NCBI GenBank assembly: GCA_963597005.1
Contig: CAVBOS010000001.1
Location: 1-51,136 of the forward strand
Origin: Lachnospiraceae bacterium
GTDB taxonomy: Bacteria; Bacillota; Clostridia; Oscillospirales; Acutalibacteraceae
DNA: 51,136 nt
Direction of reading: 5' to 3'
The translations under genes and the position numbers were made by a program. Shown here one piece after another: positions 24,984 through 32,499 of this stretch (position 1 is the stretch's first letter; each line of letters starts with the position of its first letter). Under the pieces are notes generated by a model, which was not told where the DNA came from, did no database searches, and saw only the letters and a list, made by a program, of their open reading frames with translations.

Positions 24984-25012
24984 TTGACAAATTTATAAAG
25001 CGTTGCTATAAT
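24984..25012 (+). promoter_or_regulatory. consensus sigma-70 promoter of the YVN-peptide array
   Basis: TTGACA (24984-24989), 17-nt spacer, TATAAT (25007-25012). The spacer contains AAATTTATAAAG. Confidence 0.7.
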
Positions 25013-25093
25013 AACATCGTAAGGTGAAGAGAAAAAGAAAACACCTAAGACAAAAAAACCGAAACAAATATTACGAAAGGCGAGGCAATCAAT

Positions 25094-25264
25094 ATGTATT
25101 CAAGAAAAGCAGAAACAATCTACACAACAAATCTTAAGAACAGCAAGAAGCTGTCAAGAAAAGCAGAAATAGTAATGAATGACACAGAGCTTGACATTCC
25201 GGCATATGGATGCTTCGGCAGACAGTATGTGAATATAAACGGCGTAACAATGCCGACTATGTAA
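25094..25264 (+). CDS. YVN-peptide B1, 56 aa: MYSRKAETIYTTNLKNSKKLSRKAEIVMNDTELDIPAYGCFGRQYVNINGVTMPTM
   Basis: GAGG SD 9 nt upstream. Shares TIYTTNLKN and DIPA with B2/B3, and YVN-x-x-G with all array members. Confidence 0.6.
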   Translation: MYSRKAETIYTTNLKNSKKLSRKAEIVMNDTELDIPAYGCFGRQYVNINGVTMPTM

Positions 25265-25300
25265 GGAAATCAAGAGAGAGTTAAGAAGGAAAAAACGATT

Positions 25301-25465
25301 ATGATTAAGCCAATGACAATATATACAACAAACCTTAAGAACGCTAAGACAAAGAAGAGAGCCGTAAGAAGTGCGATTGAGAATGACATTCCGGCACCTG
25401 AGGCAAGAAACAATAACCTCGTATATGTAAACGTAGGCGGAATGGTAACAGCAATCAACGCTTAA
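25301..25465 (+). CDS. YVN-peptide B2, 54 aa: MIKPMTIYTTNLKNAKTKKRAVRSAIENDIPAPEARNNNLVYVNVGGMVTAINA
   Basis: AAGGA SD. Its peptide is identical to B3, with two synonymous differences (CTT/CTC, GCT/GCA). Confidence 0.7.
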   Translation: MIKPMTIYTTNLKNAKTKKRAVRSAIENDIPAPEARNNNLVYVNVGGMVTAINA

Positions 25466-25520
25466 GAGAAAGAAAACAAAAAGAAAGTAAGAAGAAAGAT
25501 AACGAAAGGAAAAAACGATT

Positions 25521-25685
25521 ATGATTAAGCCAATGACAATATATACAACAAACCTCAAGAACGCAAAGACAAAGAAGAGAGCCGTAAGAAGTGCGATTGA
25601 GAATGACATTCCGGCACCTGAGGCAAGAAACAATAACCTCGTATATGTAAACGTAGGCGGAATGGTAACAGCAATCAACGCTTAA
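25521..25685 (+). CDS. YVN-peptide B3, 54 aa, identical peptide to B2
   Basis: As for B2. Only synonymous differences. Confidence 0.7.
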   Translation: MIKPMTIYTTNLKNAKTKKRAVRSAIENDIPAPEARNNNLVYVNVGGMVTAINA

Positions 25686-25733
25686 GAGAAAGAATAAACA
25701 AAAGAAAAAAGAAGTTAAGAGAAGAAAAATATT

Positions 25734-25862
25734 ATGATTAACAATAAGAACACTAAGAACGCAAAGAACATTAAGACAACTGAAAAGAAGCGCCACCTCA
25801 TGTATGTAAATGTAGGCGACGGTATCGTAACGCTTTCACCTGACAGCAAGTTCTACAAGTAA
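25734..25862 (+). CDS. YVN-peptide B4, 42 aa: MINNKNTKNAKNIKTTEKKRHLMYVNVGDGIVTLSPDSKFYK
   Basis: Purine-rich weak SD. MINNKNTKN N-terminus shared with B5, B6 and B8. HLMYVNVG-GIVTL shared with B9. Confidence 0.6.
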   Translation: MINNKNTKNAKNIKTTEKKRHLMYVNVGDGIVTLSPDSKFYK

Positions 25863-25906
25863 TCGAAAGCGAAAAGAAGAAAGAAGTTAAGAAGAAGGAA
25901 ATAATT

Positions 25907-26065
25907 ATGATTAACAACAAGAACACTAAGAATACAAACGACACAAAGGCAAAGAGAAGAAGCATCGTTGAGATTTTCGGCGATATGGCTCCTCATTCCC
26001 CAAGCGGACACGAGAGAATGGCTTACGTAAACGCAGCCGGTGTTGTTACATACATTGTCGGTTAA
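25907..26065 (+). CDS. YVN-peptide B5, 52 aa: MINNKNTKNTNDTKAKRRSIVEIFGDMAPHSPSGHERMAYVNAAGVVTYIVG
   Basis: AAGGA SD 8 nt upstream. Member of the PHS-x-x-G...RM-x-YVNAGG-x-x-TYIVG subfamily, with many synonymous differences from B6-B8 in the core. Confidence 0.7.
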   Translation: MINNKNTKNTNDTKAKRRSIVEIFGDMAPHSPSGHERMAYVNAAGVVTYIVG

Positions 26066-26102
26066 TTTGAACCGATTTGACTGAAAGGAAAAGGCGAACA
26101 TT

Positions 26103-26261
26103 ATGATTAACAATAAGAATACAAATAACAATAAGCACGAGAACGCAAAGAAGAGAAGCTTTTTGGATATGATCGGCGAGACTCTTCCGCATTCCGCAAC
26201 AGGCGACCAGAGAATGCTCTATGTCAACGCTGGCGGCGGAATCACATACATCGTCGGCTGA
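26103..26261 (+). CDS. YVN-peptide B6, 52 aa: MINNKNTNNNKHENAKKRSFLDMIGETLPHSATGDQRMLYVNAGGGITYIVG
   Basis: AAGG SD. Same subfamily. Confidence 0.7.
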   Translation: MINNKNTNNNKHENAKKRSFLDMIGETLPHSATGDQRMLYVNAGGGITYIVG

Positions 26262-26282
26262 TAAAATTGTCTGAGGTAATCT

Positions 26283-26432
26283 ATGGCGGGCAATAAAGGC
26301 ACAGATACACAGAAGACCAAAAGAAGAGGCTTTTTAAAGCTGATAGAACTGAATATCCCACATTCTGCGACAGGCAATGTAAGAATGCCGTATGTCAATG
26401 CAGGAGGATACATAACGTACATAGTCAGATGA
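26283..26432 (+). CDS. YVN-peptide B7, 49 aa: MAGNKGTDTQKTKRRGFLKLIELNIPHSATGNVRMPYVNAGGYITYIVR
   Basis: GAGG SD 7 nt upstream. Same subfamily with a divergent N-terminus. Confidence 0.7.
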   Translation: MAGNKGTDTQKTKRRGFLKLIELNIPHSATGNVRMPYVNAGGYITYIVR

Positions 26433-26462
26433 TTTGATGTACACAAGGAAAAGGCGAATATT

Positions 26463-26618
26463 ATGATTAACAACAAGAATACAAATAATAAGAACACAAA
26501 CACAAAGAAGAGAAGCTTTTTAGAGCTTGTCGGCGAGACACTCCCTCATTCCCCAAGCGGAAATCAGAGAATGGCTTATGTTAATGCCGGAGGATATATC
26601 ACATATATTGTCGGCTAA
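26463..26618 (+). CDS. YVN-peptide B8, 51 aa: MINNKNTNNKNTNTKKRSFLELVGETLPHSPSGNQRMAYVNAGGYITYIVG
   Basis: AAGGAAAAGG SD region. Same subfamily. Confidence 0.7.
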   Translation: MINNKNTNNKNTNTKKRSFLELVGETLPHSPSGNQRMAYVNAGGYITYIVG

Positions 26619-26641
26619 AACAGCGAAAGAAGGACAATATT

Positions 26642-26788
26642 ATGAAAAAGTTTACAGAGTTTCTTATGAATTCTTCTAATACAAAGAAGGCAGCCACAAT
26701 CACTGCCGTGAAAGAAGACGGTTCTAAGAGAAAGCACCATCTTATGTATGTAAATGTCGGCGGCGGAATAGTTACGCTTTACGACTGA
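26642..26788 (+). CDS. YVN-peptide B9, 48 aa: MKKFTEFLMNSSNTKKAATITAVKEDGSKRKHHLMYVNVGGGIVTLYD
   Basis: GAAGGA SD 8 nt upstream. HLMYVNVGGGIVTL shared with B4. Confidence 0.65.
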   Translation: MKKFTEFLMNSSNTKKAATITAVKEDGSKRKHHLMYVNVGGGIVTLYD

Positions 26789-26841
26789 TACATTTAATCA
26801 AGATCACATCTTTATCACACACACCTCATATACAATGCAAG

Positions 26842-26871
26842 AAATTCCGGCTTTTTGAGTCGGAATTTTTT
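26842..26871 (+). terminator. rho-independent terminator closing the YVN array
   Basis: Stem AAATTCCG / CGGAATTT followed by TTTTTTG. Confidence 0.7.
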
Positions 26872-26939
26872 GTTTTGCCCGAAAGAGAAAAATGTAGTAA
26901 TATATATTTATCAAAAGTAAAGACCGAAAGAAACGGAGA

Positions 26940-27707
26940 TTGAATTTGGAAAACACAGAAAATCTTATAGATGCGGTAGTGATACTCGGAAAAAAGGTGG
27001 ATACCGACAGGGCGAAGAAAATTGCAAAGGATTTTGCGGCACCGCTTGTTGACGATATTCCGAAAGACAGGAATTCAAGATATTTTATAATCGATAAAAC
27101 AGGAATTTCCTTTGTCAGCGGCGGAAAAACGCTTAAGGGAGATTTCAGCTTAATGCTCAAGAGAGTGAGCGGTGGTCATTTGGCTCATGAGATAATTCTC
27201 AAGGCGGCAAAGCCCGAAAAGGACGAGAGGGCAGTTGATTTTACGGCGGGGCTCGGCGAGGACTCGTTTATATTGGCGGCGGCAGGTTACCGAGTGGAGA
27301 TGTACGAGCACAATCCGATAACGGCGGTTTTACTGAAAGATGCGCTTATCCGTGCGAAAAAAGACCCAAAGCTCAAAGAAATTGCCGAAAGAATGACTCT
27401 TTCCCAAGGAGACAGCAAGGAGCTTATAAGCAAAATTGGATATTTACCCGACCTTATCTATCTTGACCCCATGTTCCCCGAGAAGAAAAAGAACGCAGAG
27501 ACCAAAAACAAAATGCAGGTTCTCCACACGATAGAAAAGCCGTGTGAGGACGAAGATGAGCTTATGCAGGCGGCATTTTCCGCCAAGCCGAAGAAGATAG
27601 TCGTCAAAAGACCTCCCGAGAGCAGTTTTCTGGCGGGAATCGAGCCGACATATTCTGTTGAGAGAAAAGCCGTTCGCTACGATGTTTATGCGGTAAGAGC
27701 AGAGTGA
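26940..27707 (+). CDS. class I SAM-dependent methyltransferase, RsmJ (DUF548)-like
   Basis: 255 aa with a TTG start. VDFTAGLGEDSFILAAAGYRVEMYEHNP and IYLDPMFPEKKK match the RsmJ-family SAM-binding and catalytic motifs. Confidence 0.65.
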   Translation: MNLENTENLIDAVVILGKKVDTDRAKKIAKDFAAPLVDDIPKDRNSRYFIIDKTGISFVSGGKTLKGDFSLMLKRVSGGHLAHEIILKAAKPEKDERAVDFTAGLGEDSFILAAAGYRVEMYEHNPITAVLLKDALIRAKKDPKLKEIAERMTLSQGDSKELISKIGYLPDLIYLDPMFPEKKKNAETKNKMQVLHTIEKPCEDEDELMQAAFSAKPKKIVVKRPPESSFLAGIEPTYSVERKAVRYDVYAVRAE

Positions 27708-27795
27708 ACGGCTGATGAAAGCTTGCTTAAATCTAATCTCGGTGATAGAATATGTATAATTTTTGCGATTGGATTCGTACTTAAGGAGAGAAATT

Positions 27796-28416
27796 TTGAA
27801 ATATAAACTTAAAGCAGTAAGATTTTTTCGCTTTGCGAGTATAGTTTTGGCAATGAGCCTTGCTTTATCGCTTTCGCTTGTCTCTTTTGCCGACGACACA
27901 TACACCGACGGTACGGAGGAATATTATTCCGACGATACGGGCGATTACTACACGGACGATAACACCGATTATTATTCGGATGATAACACAGGTGACGATT
28001 TGACGGACGCTACAGACAGCACGGATACCACTGATAACACAGGCGATGCCGAAACGGGCACCACTGTTACCGAAAACAGCGAAAGCAGTGAGAGTAGTGA
28101 TAGCAGTAGCAGTGCGGATGTTGCCGGAGCAGGCAGAAACGGTTCTACGGGTGAGACAAGTGATTCTGTGAACAAAACCTTTACGGATAACACCCAGCTT
28201 TCGGGTCAGCGAGAAAAAAGCGTGAATGTCACGGGAGTTGTGATGTGGGTGCTTGTTTTAATCTCGGTTATTCTTATCATTGTCTATATGATATTTGCGG
28301 GAATCAGAGAGAGAAAGGAAAAAAGGCAAAGGCGCAGAAACAAAAATCCTAAGCTCATTATTTCCAGCGGATATGTCAGAAATCCGAGCAATTACGATGA
28401 TTTTGACGATTTTTGA
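27796..28416 (+). CDS. acidic Asp/Tyr/Thr-rich single-pass envelope protein
   Basis: I chose the TTG at 27796 (AAGGAGAG SD 5 nt upstream) over the track start at 27763. Signal peptide ends SFADD. It then has a DDTxDYY-type repeat region, a Ser-rich segment, a TM helix and a basic tail RERKEKRQRRRNK. Confidence 0.6.
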   Translation: MKYKLKAVRFFRFASIVLAMSLALSLSLVSFADDTYTDGTEEYYSDDTGDYYTDDNTDYYSDDNTGDDLTDATDSTDTTDNTGDAETGTTVTENSESSESSDSSSSADVAGAGRNGSTGETSDSVNKTFTDNTQLSGQREKSVNVTGVVMWVLVLISVILIIVYMIFAGIRERKEKRQRRRNKNPKLIISSGYVRNPSNYDDFDDF

Positions 28417-28477
28417 TGTTTTTAAATTAAATATACAGCACAGCATAGGAAATTCCTATCGACTGCGTACTGATTAG

Positions 28478-28510
28478 AAAAAACGGCTGAAATAAGCCGT
28501 TTTTTTCTGT
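28478..28510 (+). terminator. rho-independent terminator
   Basis: Stem AAAAAACGGCT / AGCCGTTTTTT running into a T-tract. Confidence 0.7.
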
Positions 28511-28687
28511 TTTTTGAATGACTTGTAGCTCTGCAAAATAGTTGCAAATTTCTTTTAAAGAAAAATAACAGATACATATGGACGTAGAATAGTATCGTTG
28601 AAAATAGTGTACAGAGTTATTTTAGATTTGATCTCTAAGCTTATTTCCGATAAGCATTTACAGAAATACAGAAAAAGAGGTAATTTT

Positions 28688-30124
28688 ATGAAATTGAAAA
28701 AGAACGGCAGAAAATTATCTGCATTCTTTATGAGTGCGGTTCTTTTTGCTACAAGCTTCGCATATTCCGCACCGACCGTTTCTGCTGAAGAAACACGCAG
28801 TGTCGAGGATATCGCAGCCGATCAGGCGGCTCTTGAACAGGAGCAGGCTGATATTCAGGCACAGATAGACGCACTTGACGCCGAGACTGCCGACGCAAAC
28901 GAAAAGGCAGAGCTTCTCGAAAGCCAGCTTCTTTCCATTTCAAAGCAGATTGCGGCGGCAAACTCCGATATAGAGGATCTTGATGCAAGCATTAAGGAGC
29001 TTAACGAAAAGCTTTCAGCCGCAGAGGAAGAATATGCCGACACCTTGGCTCTTTTCAAGGAGAGAATCAAGGCTATCTATAAGACGGGTTCTGTCGGAAC
29101 TCTTGAGATACTTCTCAATGCCGATTCCTACTCTGACTACATGATGAGACTTCAGACCATGCAGAGTGTTTCCAAGCACGATAACGAGCTCATGGAAAAG
29201 ATGAACGAGTTCATGGAGGCAACAAAGGACACAAGAAGTGAGCTCAAGGAAAAGAAAAAAGAGGTTGCCGAGCTTAAGGTAACTCTTGAGGACAAGACGG
29301 AAGAGATTAATACGCTTTACAGCGAAAATCAGGAAGTGTTGACCGAGCTTGCAAACAAACGTGCAGAGGCTAATTCTTCACTTGACGAAGCTAATGCTTA
29401 TGCCGATCAGCTTTACGCTGAGATGATTGCCGCGATGGCAACACCCGAGCCGACTGCCGCACCGACAGTTCAGCCTACTTCAAACAGTAATTCGGGCAGC
29501 TCGAGCGATGACAAGAATACTAACGACTCTTCAAACAGCGATGAGAGCAGTGATTCAAGCGATGACAGCTCAGATTCGTCCGAAGACAGTGAGCCTGTAA
29601 TCGACGGTGATGATAACTCGAACAGCACCGACGAGAACACAAATACAGACGATAATTCCAATAGCGACGACAGCTACGACGATAACAGCAACAATGACAA
29701 TAGCGATAACAGCTATGATGATAACAGTAACAATAACAGCGGCGGCGGAATTTCTCTTATTTGCCCATGCCCGGGATATGTTTATATTTCAGCAGGCTAC
29801 GGCGGATATGAGGGTCACTACGGCACCGACTTTGCCGCAAGCTACGGCACTGCGATTGTTGCGGCGGCAGACGGTACTGTTTCTGCTGTAAACGACTCTG
29901 ATTCTTGGGGCTACAGCTGGGGCTACTACGTACTTATCTATCACAACGACGAGTTCTCCACACGTTATGCTCACATGAGCTCGATTGTCGTTTCTCCGGG
30001 AGAGTATGTCACGGCAGGACAGGTTATCGGTTATGTCGGACTTACGGGTAACACAACAGGTCCGCACCTTCACTTCGAACTTTACCAGTGGGGCTCAAGA
30101 GTTGACGCTGAGGCTTACCTCTGA
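28688..30124 (+). CDS. M23 family peptidoglycan DD-metalloendopeptidase with N-terminal coiled coil
   Basis: ATG at 28688 (AGAGG SD) gives a signal peptide. There is a long coiled-coil region and a Ser/Asp/Asn linker. The C-terminal LytM domain carries HYGTDF and GPHLHFE. Confidence 0.85.
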   Translation: MKLKKNGRKLSAFFMSAVLFATSFAYSAPTVSAEETRSVEDIAADQAALEQEQADIQAQIDALDAETADANEKAELLESQLLSISKQIAAANSDIEDLDASIKELNEKLSAAEEEYADTLALFKERIKAIYKTGSVGTLEILLNADSYSDYMMRLQTMQSVSKHDNELMEKMNEFMEATKDTRSELKEKKKEVAELKVTLEDKTEEINTLYSENQEVLTELANKRAEANSSLDEANAYADQLYAEMIAAMATPEPTAAPTVQPTSNSNSGSSSDDKNTNDSSNSDESSDSSDDSSDSSEDSEPVIDGDDNSNSTDENTNTDDNSNSDDSYDDNSNNDNSDNSYDDNSNNNSGGGISLICPCPGYVYISAGYGGYEGHYGTDFAASYGTAIVAAADGTVSAVNDSDSWGYSWGYYVLIYHNDEFSTRYAHMSSIVVSPGEYVTAGQVIGYVGLTGNTTGPHLHFELYQWGSRVDAEAYL

Positions 30125-30155
30125 TACAATATAGCTTAACCGCTTGAAGTAAAGG

Positions 30156-30875
30156 GTGAGCTTATTGAAGGAAAGTGAATTTCAAGAAGGATTAAAGAGC
30201 GGGATACCGATTGCCCTTGGGTATTTTTCGGTATCCTTTTCTTTTGGTATGCTGGCTGTGTCCATGGGTATGCCGATTTTGTCGGCTGTCATGACGTCGG
30301 CAGTGAATGTAACAAGTGCGGGTCAGGCAAACGGACTCGCGATAATGGCGGCAGGCGGAACGTTTTTGGAGCTTATAGTCTGTCAGGCGGTCATAAATCT
30401 TAGATATGCGCTCATGTCGCTGACTCTATCTCAGAGATTACCGCAAAATACAAGCTTTGCGCAAAGGCTTTTCATGTCGTTTATGATTACGGATGAGATT
30501 TTCGCCGTGATGGCTGCAAGAGAAAAACCGCTTAGCTTTAGATTTTATCTGGGACTTGCTTTTTTGCCGTTTCTCGGCTGGACGCTCGGCACCTTTTTCG
30601 GAGCTTTGTTCGGAAACATTCTCCCGTCAAACATAACGGCAGTTCTCGGCATTGCGCTCTACGGAATGTTCATTGCAATCATCATTCCGCCCGCAAAGAA
30701 AAACAAGGCGGTGCTCGTGTGCATAGCTTTGGCGGCGGCTTTTTCCGCAGTGATTTATTTTGCACCGATTTTCAGCTTCATTTCCTCGGGAATATCCGTG
30801 ATTATCTGTGCGCTTCTCGCTTCATGCTTCTGTGCGTGGAAATTCCCCGTGAAGGAGGCGAAAAGCGATGAGTAA
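30156..30875 (+). CDS. azlC: AzlC family branched-chain amino acid exporter subunit
   Basis: 239 aa, polytopic. N-terminal FQEGLKSGIPIALGYFSVSFSFG is typical of AzlC. The stop overlaps the following azlD-like start. Confidence 0.75.
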   Translation: MSLLKESEFQEGLKSGIPIALGYFSVSFSFGMLAVSMGMPILSAVMTSAVNVTSAGQANGLAIMAAGGTFLELIVCQAVINLRYALMSLTLSQRLPQNTSFAQRLFMSFMITDEIFAVMAAREKPLSFRFYLGLAFLPFLGWTLGTFFGALFGNILPSNITAVLGIALYGMFIAIIIPPAKKNKAVLVCIALAAAFSAVIYFAPIFSFISSGISVIICALLASCFCAWKFPVKEAKSDE

Positions 30876-31197
30876 CGAAAAAAGCTTTATGTACTTTTTG
30901 CCGTATATTCTCGTTATGGCGCTTGTGACCTACCTGATAAGAATGATTCCGCTTACATTTTTCAGGAAGAAGATAACAAACCGCTTTGTGCTTTCGCTTT
31001 TGTACTATATTCCTTATGCGGTGCTAAGTGCCATGACATTTCCCGCAATACTGTTTGGAACAAGCAGTGTGGTAAGTGCGGCAATCGGACTTTTTGCGGC
31101 TGTGATAACGGCATTTTGTGAAAAAAGCCTTTTGACGGTTGCACTGTCGTCATGCGGTGCGGCATTTGTCGCAGAGATTGTTCTGATGCTTCTGTGA
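30868..31197 (+). CDS. azlD: AzlD family branched-chain amino acid transport protein
   Basis: 109 aa, four hydrophobic helices, 8-nt overlap with azlC as in known azlCD pairs. Confidence 0.7.
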   Translation: MSNEKSFMYFLPYILVMALVTYLIRMIPLTFFRKKITNRFVLSLLYYIPYAVLSAMTFPAILFGTSSVVSAAIGLFAAVITAFCEKSLLTVALSSCGAAFVAEIVLMLL

Positions 31198-31332
31198 ATC
31201 GGCATTATGAGCGAAAAATTCGGCAGTTGCTTTAAACTATCGCTCTAAACTATATTGAATATTTGTGTCTTCTGTGCTAAAATTAGTGTTCGGAAGAAAC
31301 AAAGTCACACTATCGACTTAACAAAAAAAGGG

Positions 31333-32436
31333 ATGATTATTACGAAAAAAAGAAAAAATCTTTTAGCTTTACTTATGGCGTCACTTTTAATGTTCTCTGT
31401 AATGAGCATTACGGCATTTGCCGATGATTATTACCAGGATACGAGTGACGACTACAACTATGACGAATCCTCTGATACAGGCGAATTCAGCGGTCAAGAC
31501 CTCAATGACGACGGTACAAACGGCGGTTACAGCGGTTTTGACGGTGATGACGATGATATCAGCAACCTCAGCCCCGACAACAACGGTGACAGCACTGACT
31601 ATTACCCCGACAACACGGATAATGACAGCAGCACCGACAACAATAACGGCGGCAATAATTATAACGATAACACACAGAGCAGTGACAGCACGGCTTCATC
31701 TTCAAGCTCTGACAGCACAGCTTCTTCATCGTCTTCATCTTCGACAGTTATCGGCACGCTCAAGAAGGCAACAGCTGCTCCGTCAGCTTCCTCATCAACG
31801 GATTCAAGCTCCTCCGAGACAAGCAAGAGTGACAACTATCAGACTATCGGTCAGGTAAAGAACAGTAAGTCAAACGGCTTAGGTTCATTTGCCGTCATCG
31901 GAATAGTTCTTCTTGCAGTCGGCGTGGTCGGAATTCTTTCCGTTATCGTTTGGTCGATTGCTTCAAAGGCAAGAGATAAGTCCGATGTTGAGGAAATCTA
32001 CGAGACAGTCGGAAATGCTTCAAGAGGAAACTCTGATTATGAGCCGGCTCCGAGACAGAGACGTTCGGGCGACCAGTATTCATATGACGATAACTATGCT
32101 TATGTTTCGGCAAAGGGCAGAACAGCTCAGCGCCCCGTTAAGCAGTCAAGACCGTCACAGCCTCAGAACGGTCAGCGTCCGCAGCAAAGACCCCAGCAGA
32201 GACCTCAGCAGTCTTCACGCACTTCATCTGATGCTCCTATGAGACCGAGTGCGGCTGTTAACAACAGAAGACCGTCAAACGCTCAGGGTTCTTCCGCTCA
32301 GAGAAGACCAAGCACTTCCTCAAGACCTGTTCAGAACACTCAGCGACAGAGCCGTCCCGCACCAAAGAAGGATATTTCCTCCTATGATACAAAGGACATT
32401 GACGCACTTCTCAATGATGTTCTCAACGATAAGTAA
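31333..32436 (+). CDS. acidic Asp/Tyr-rich, Ser-rich single-pass envelope protein with a Pro/Gln/Arg-rich cytoplasmic tail
   Basis: ATG at 31333 (AAAGGG SD) gives a signal peptide ending AFADDYY. It has the same architecture as the 27796 protein, with a TM helix at FAVIGIVLLAVGVVGILSVIVW and a QRPQQRPQQRPQQ tail. Confidence 0.6.
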   Translation: MIITKKRKNLLALLMASLLMFSVMSITAFADDYYQDTSDDYNYDESSDTGEFSGQDLNDDGTNGGYSGFDGDDDDISNLSPDNNGDSTDYYPDNTDNDSSTDNNNGGNNYNDNTQSSDSTASSSSSDSTASSSSSSSTVIGTLKKATAAPSASSSTDSSSSETSKSDNYQTIGQVKNSKSNGLGSFAVIGIVLLAVGVVGILSVIVWSIASKARDKSDVEEIYETVGNASRGNSDYEPAPRQRRSGDQYSYDDNYAYVSAKGRTAQRPVKQSRPSQPQNGQRPQQRPQQRPQQSSRTSSDAPMRPSAAVNNRRPSNAQGSSAQRRPSTSSRPVQNTQRQSRPAPKKDISSYDTKDIDALLNDVLNDK

Positions 32437-32456
32437 GAACAGCTGAATAAAAAATT

Positions 32457-32487
32457 AACGGTGCTCGTTTGAGCACCGTTTTGTTTT
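32457..32487. terminator. bidirectional terminator between convergent genes
   Basis: Stem AACGGTGCTC / GAGCACCGTT with a T-tract after it and an A-tract before it. Confidence 0.7.
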
Positions 32488-32499
32488 GTAATCAGAGTA

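Larger units (their letters stand above)
25287..25698 (+). repeat. tandem duplication, 220-bp period, carrying B2 and B3
   Basis: The ATGs of B2 and B3 are 220 nt apart, and the flanking SD and downstream CTTAAGAGAAAGAA are also duplicated. Confidence 0.85.

Noticed and set aside
25154-26503. Minus-strand ORFs of 62-174 aa antisense to the YVN array (25154-25678, 25270-25458, 25455-25796, 25853-26131 and 26219-26503).
   Set aside because: Same artefact: the complement of an A/G-rich coding strand gives long stop-free, Phe/Leu/Cys-rich frames. No SD sites are present, and the substitution pattern between repeats fits the plus-strand frames.
25094-26788. The GG in YVNAGG could be a double-glycine leader cleavage site releasing 7-aa pheromone-like peptides (YITYIVG, GIVTLYD).
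   Set aside because: The positions upstream of the GG do not fit the double-glycine leader consensus. Asn occupies -4 and there is no hydrophobic residue at -4, -7 or -12. No C39-peptidase ABC transporter is nearby, and some members have G-D-G or N-G instead. It remains possible but is unsupported.
28598-28687. Upstream extensions of several track ORFs: 28598 for M23, 31255 for the acidic protein, 27763, 6783 for MATE, 48838 for YibE/F and 47493 for C1.
   Set aside because: In each case an internal start with a proper SD yields a normal signal peptide or N-terminus. The extension lacks an SD or crosses promoter or terminator elements.
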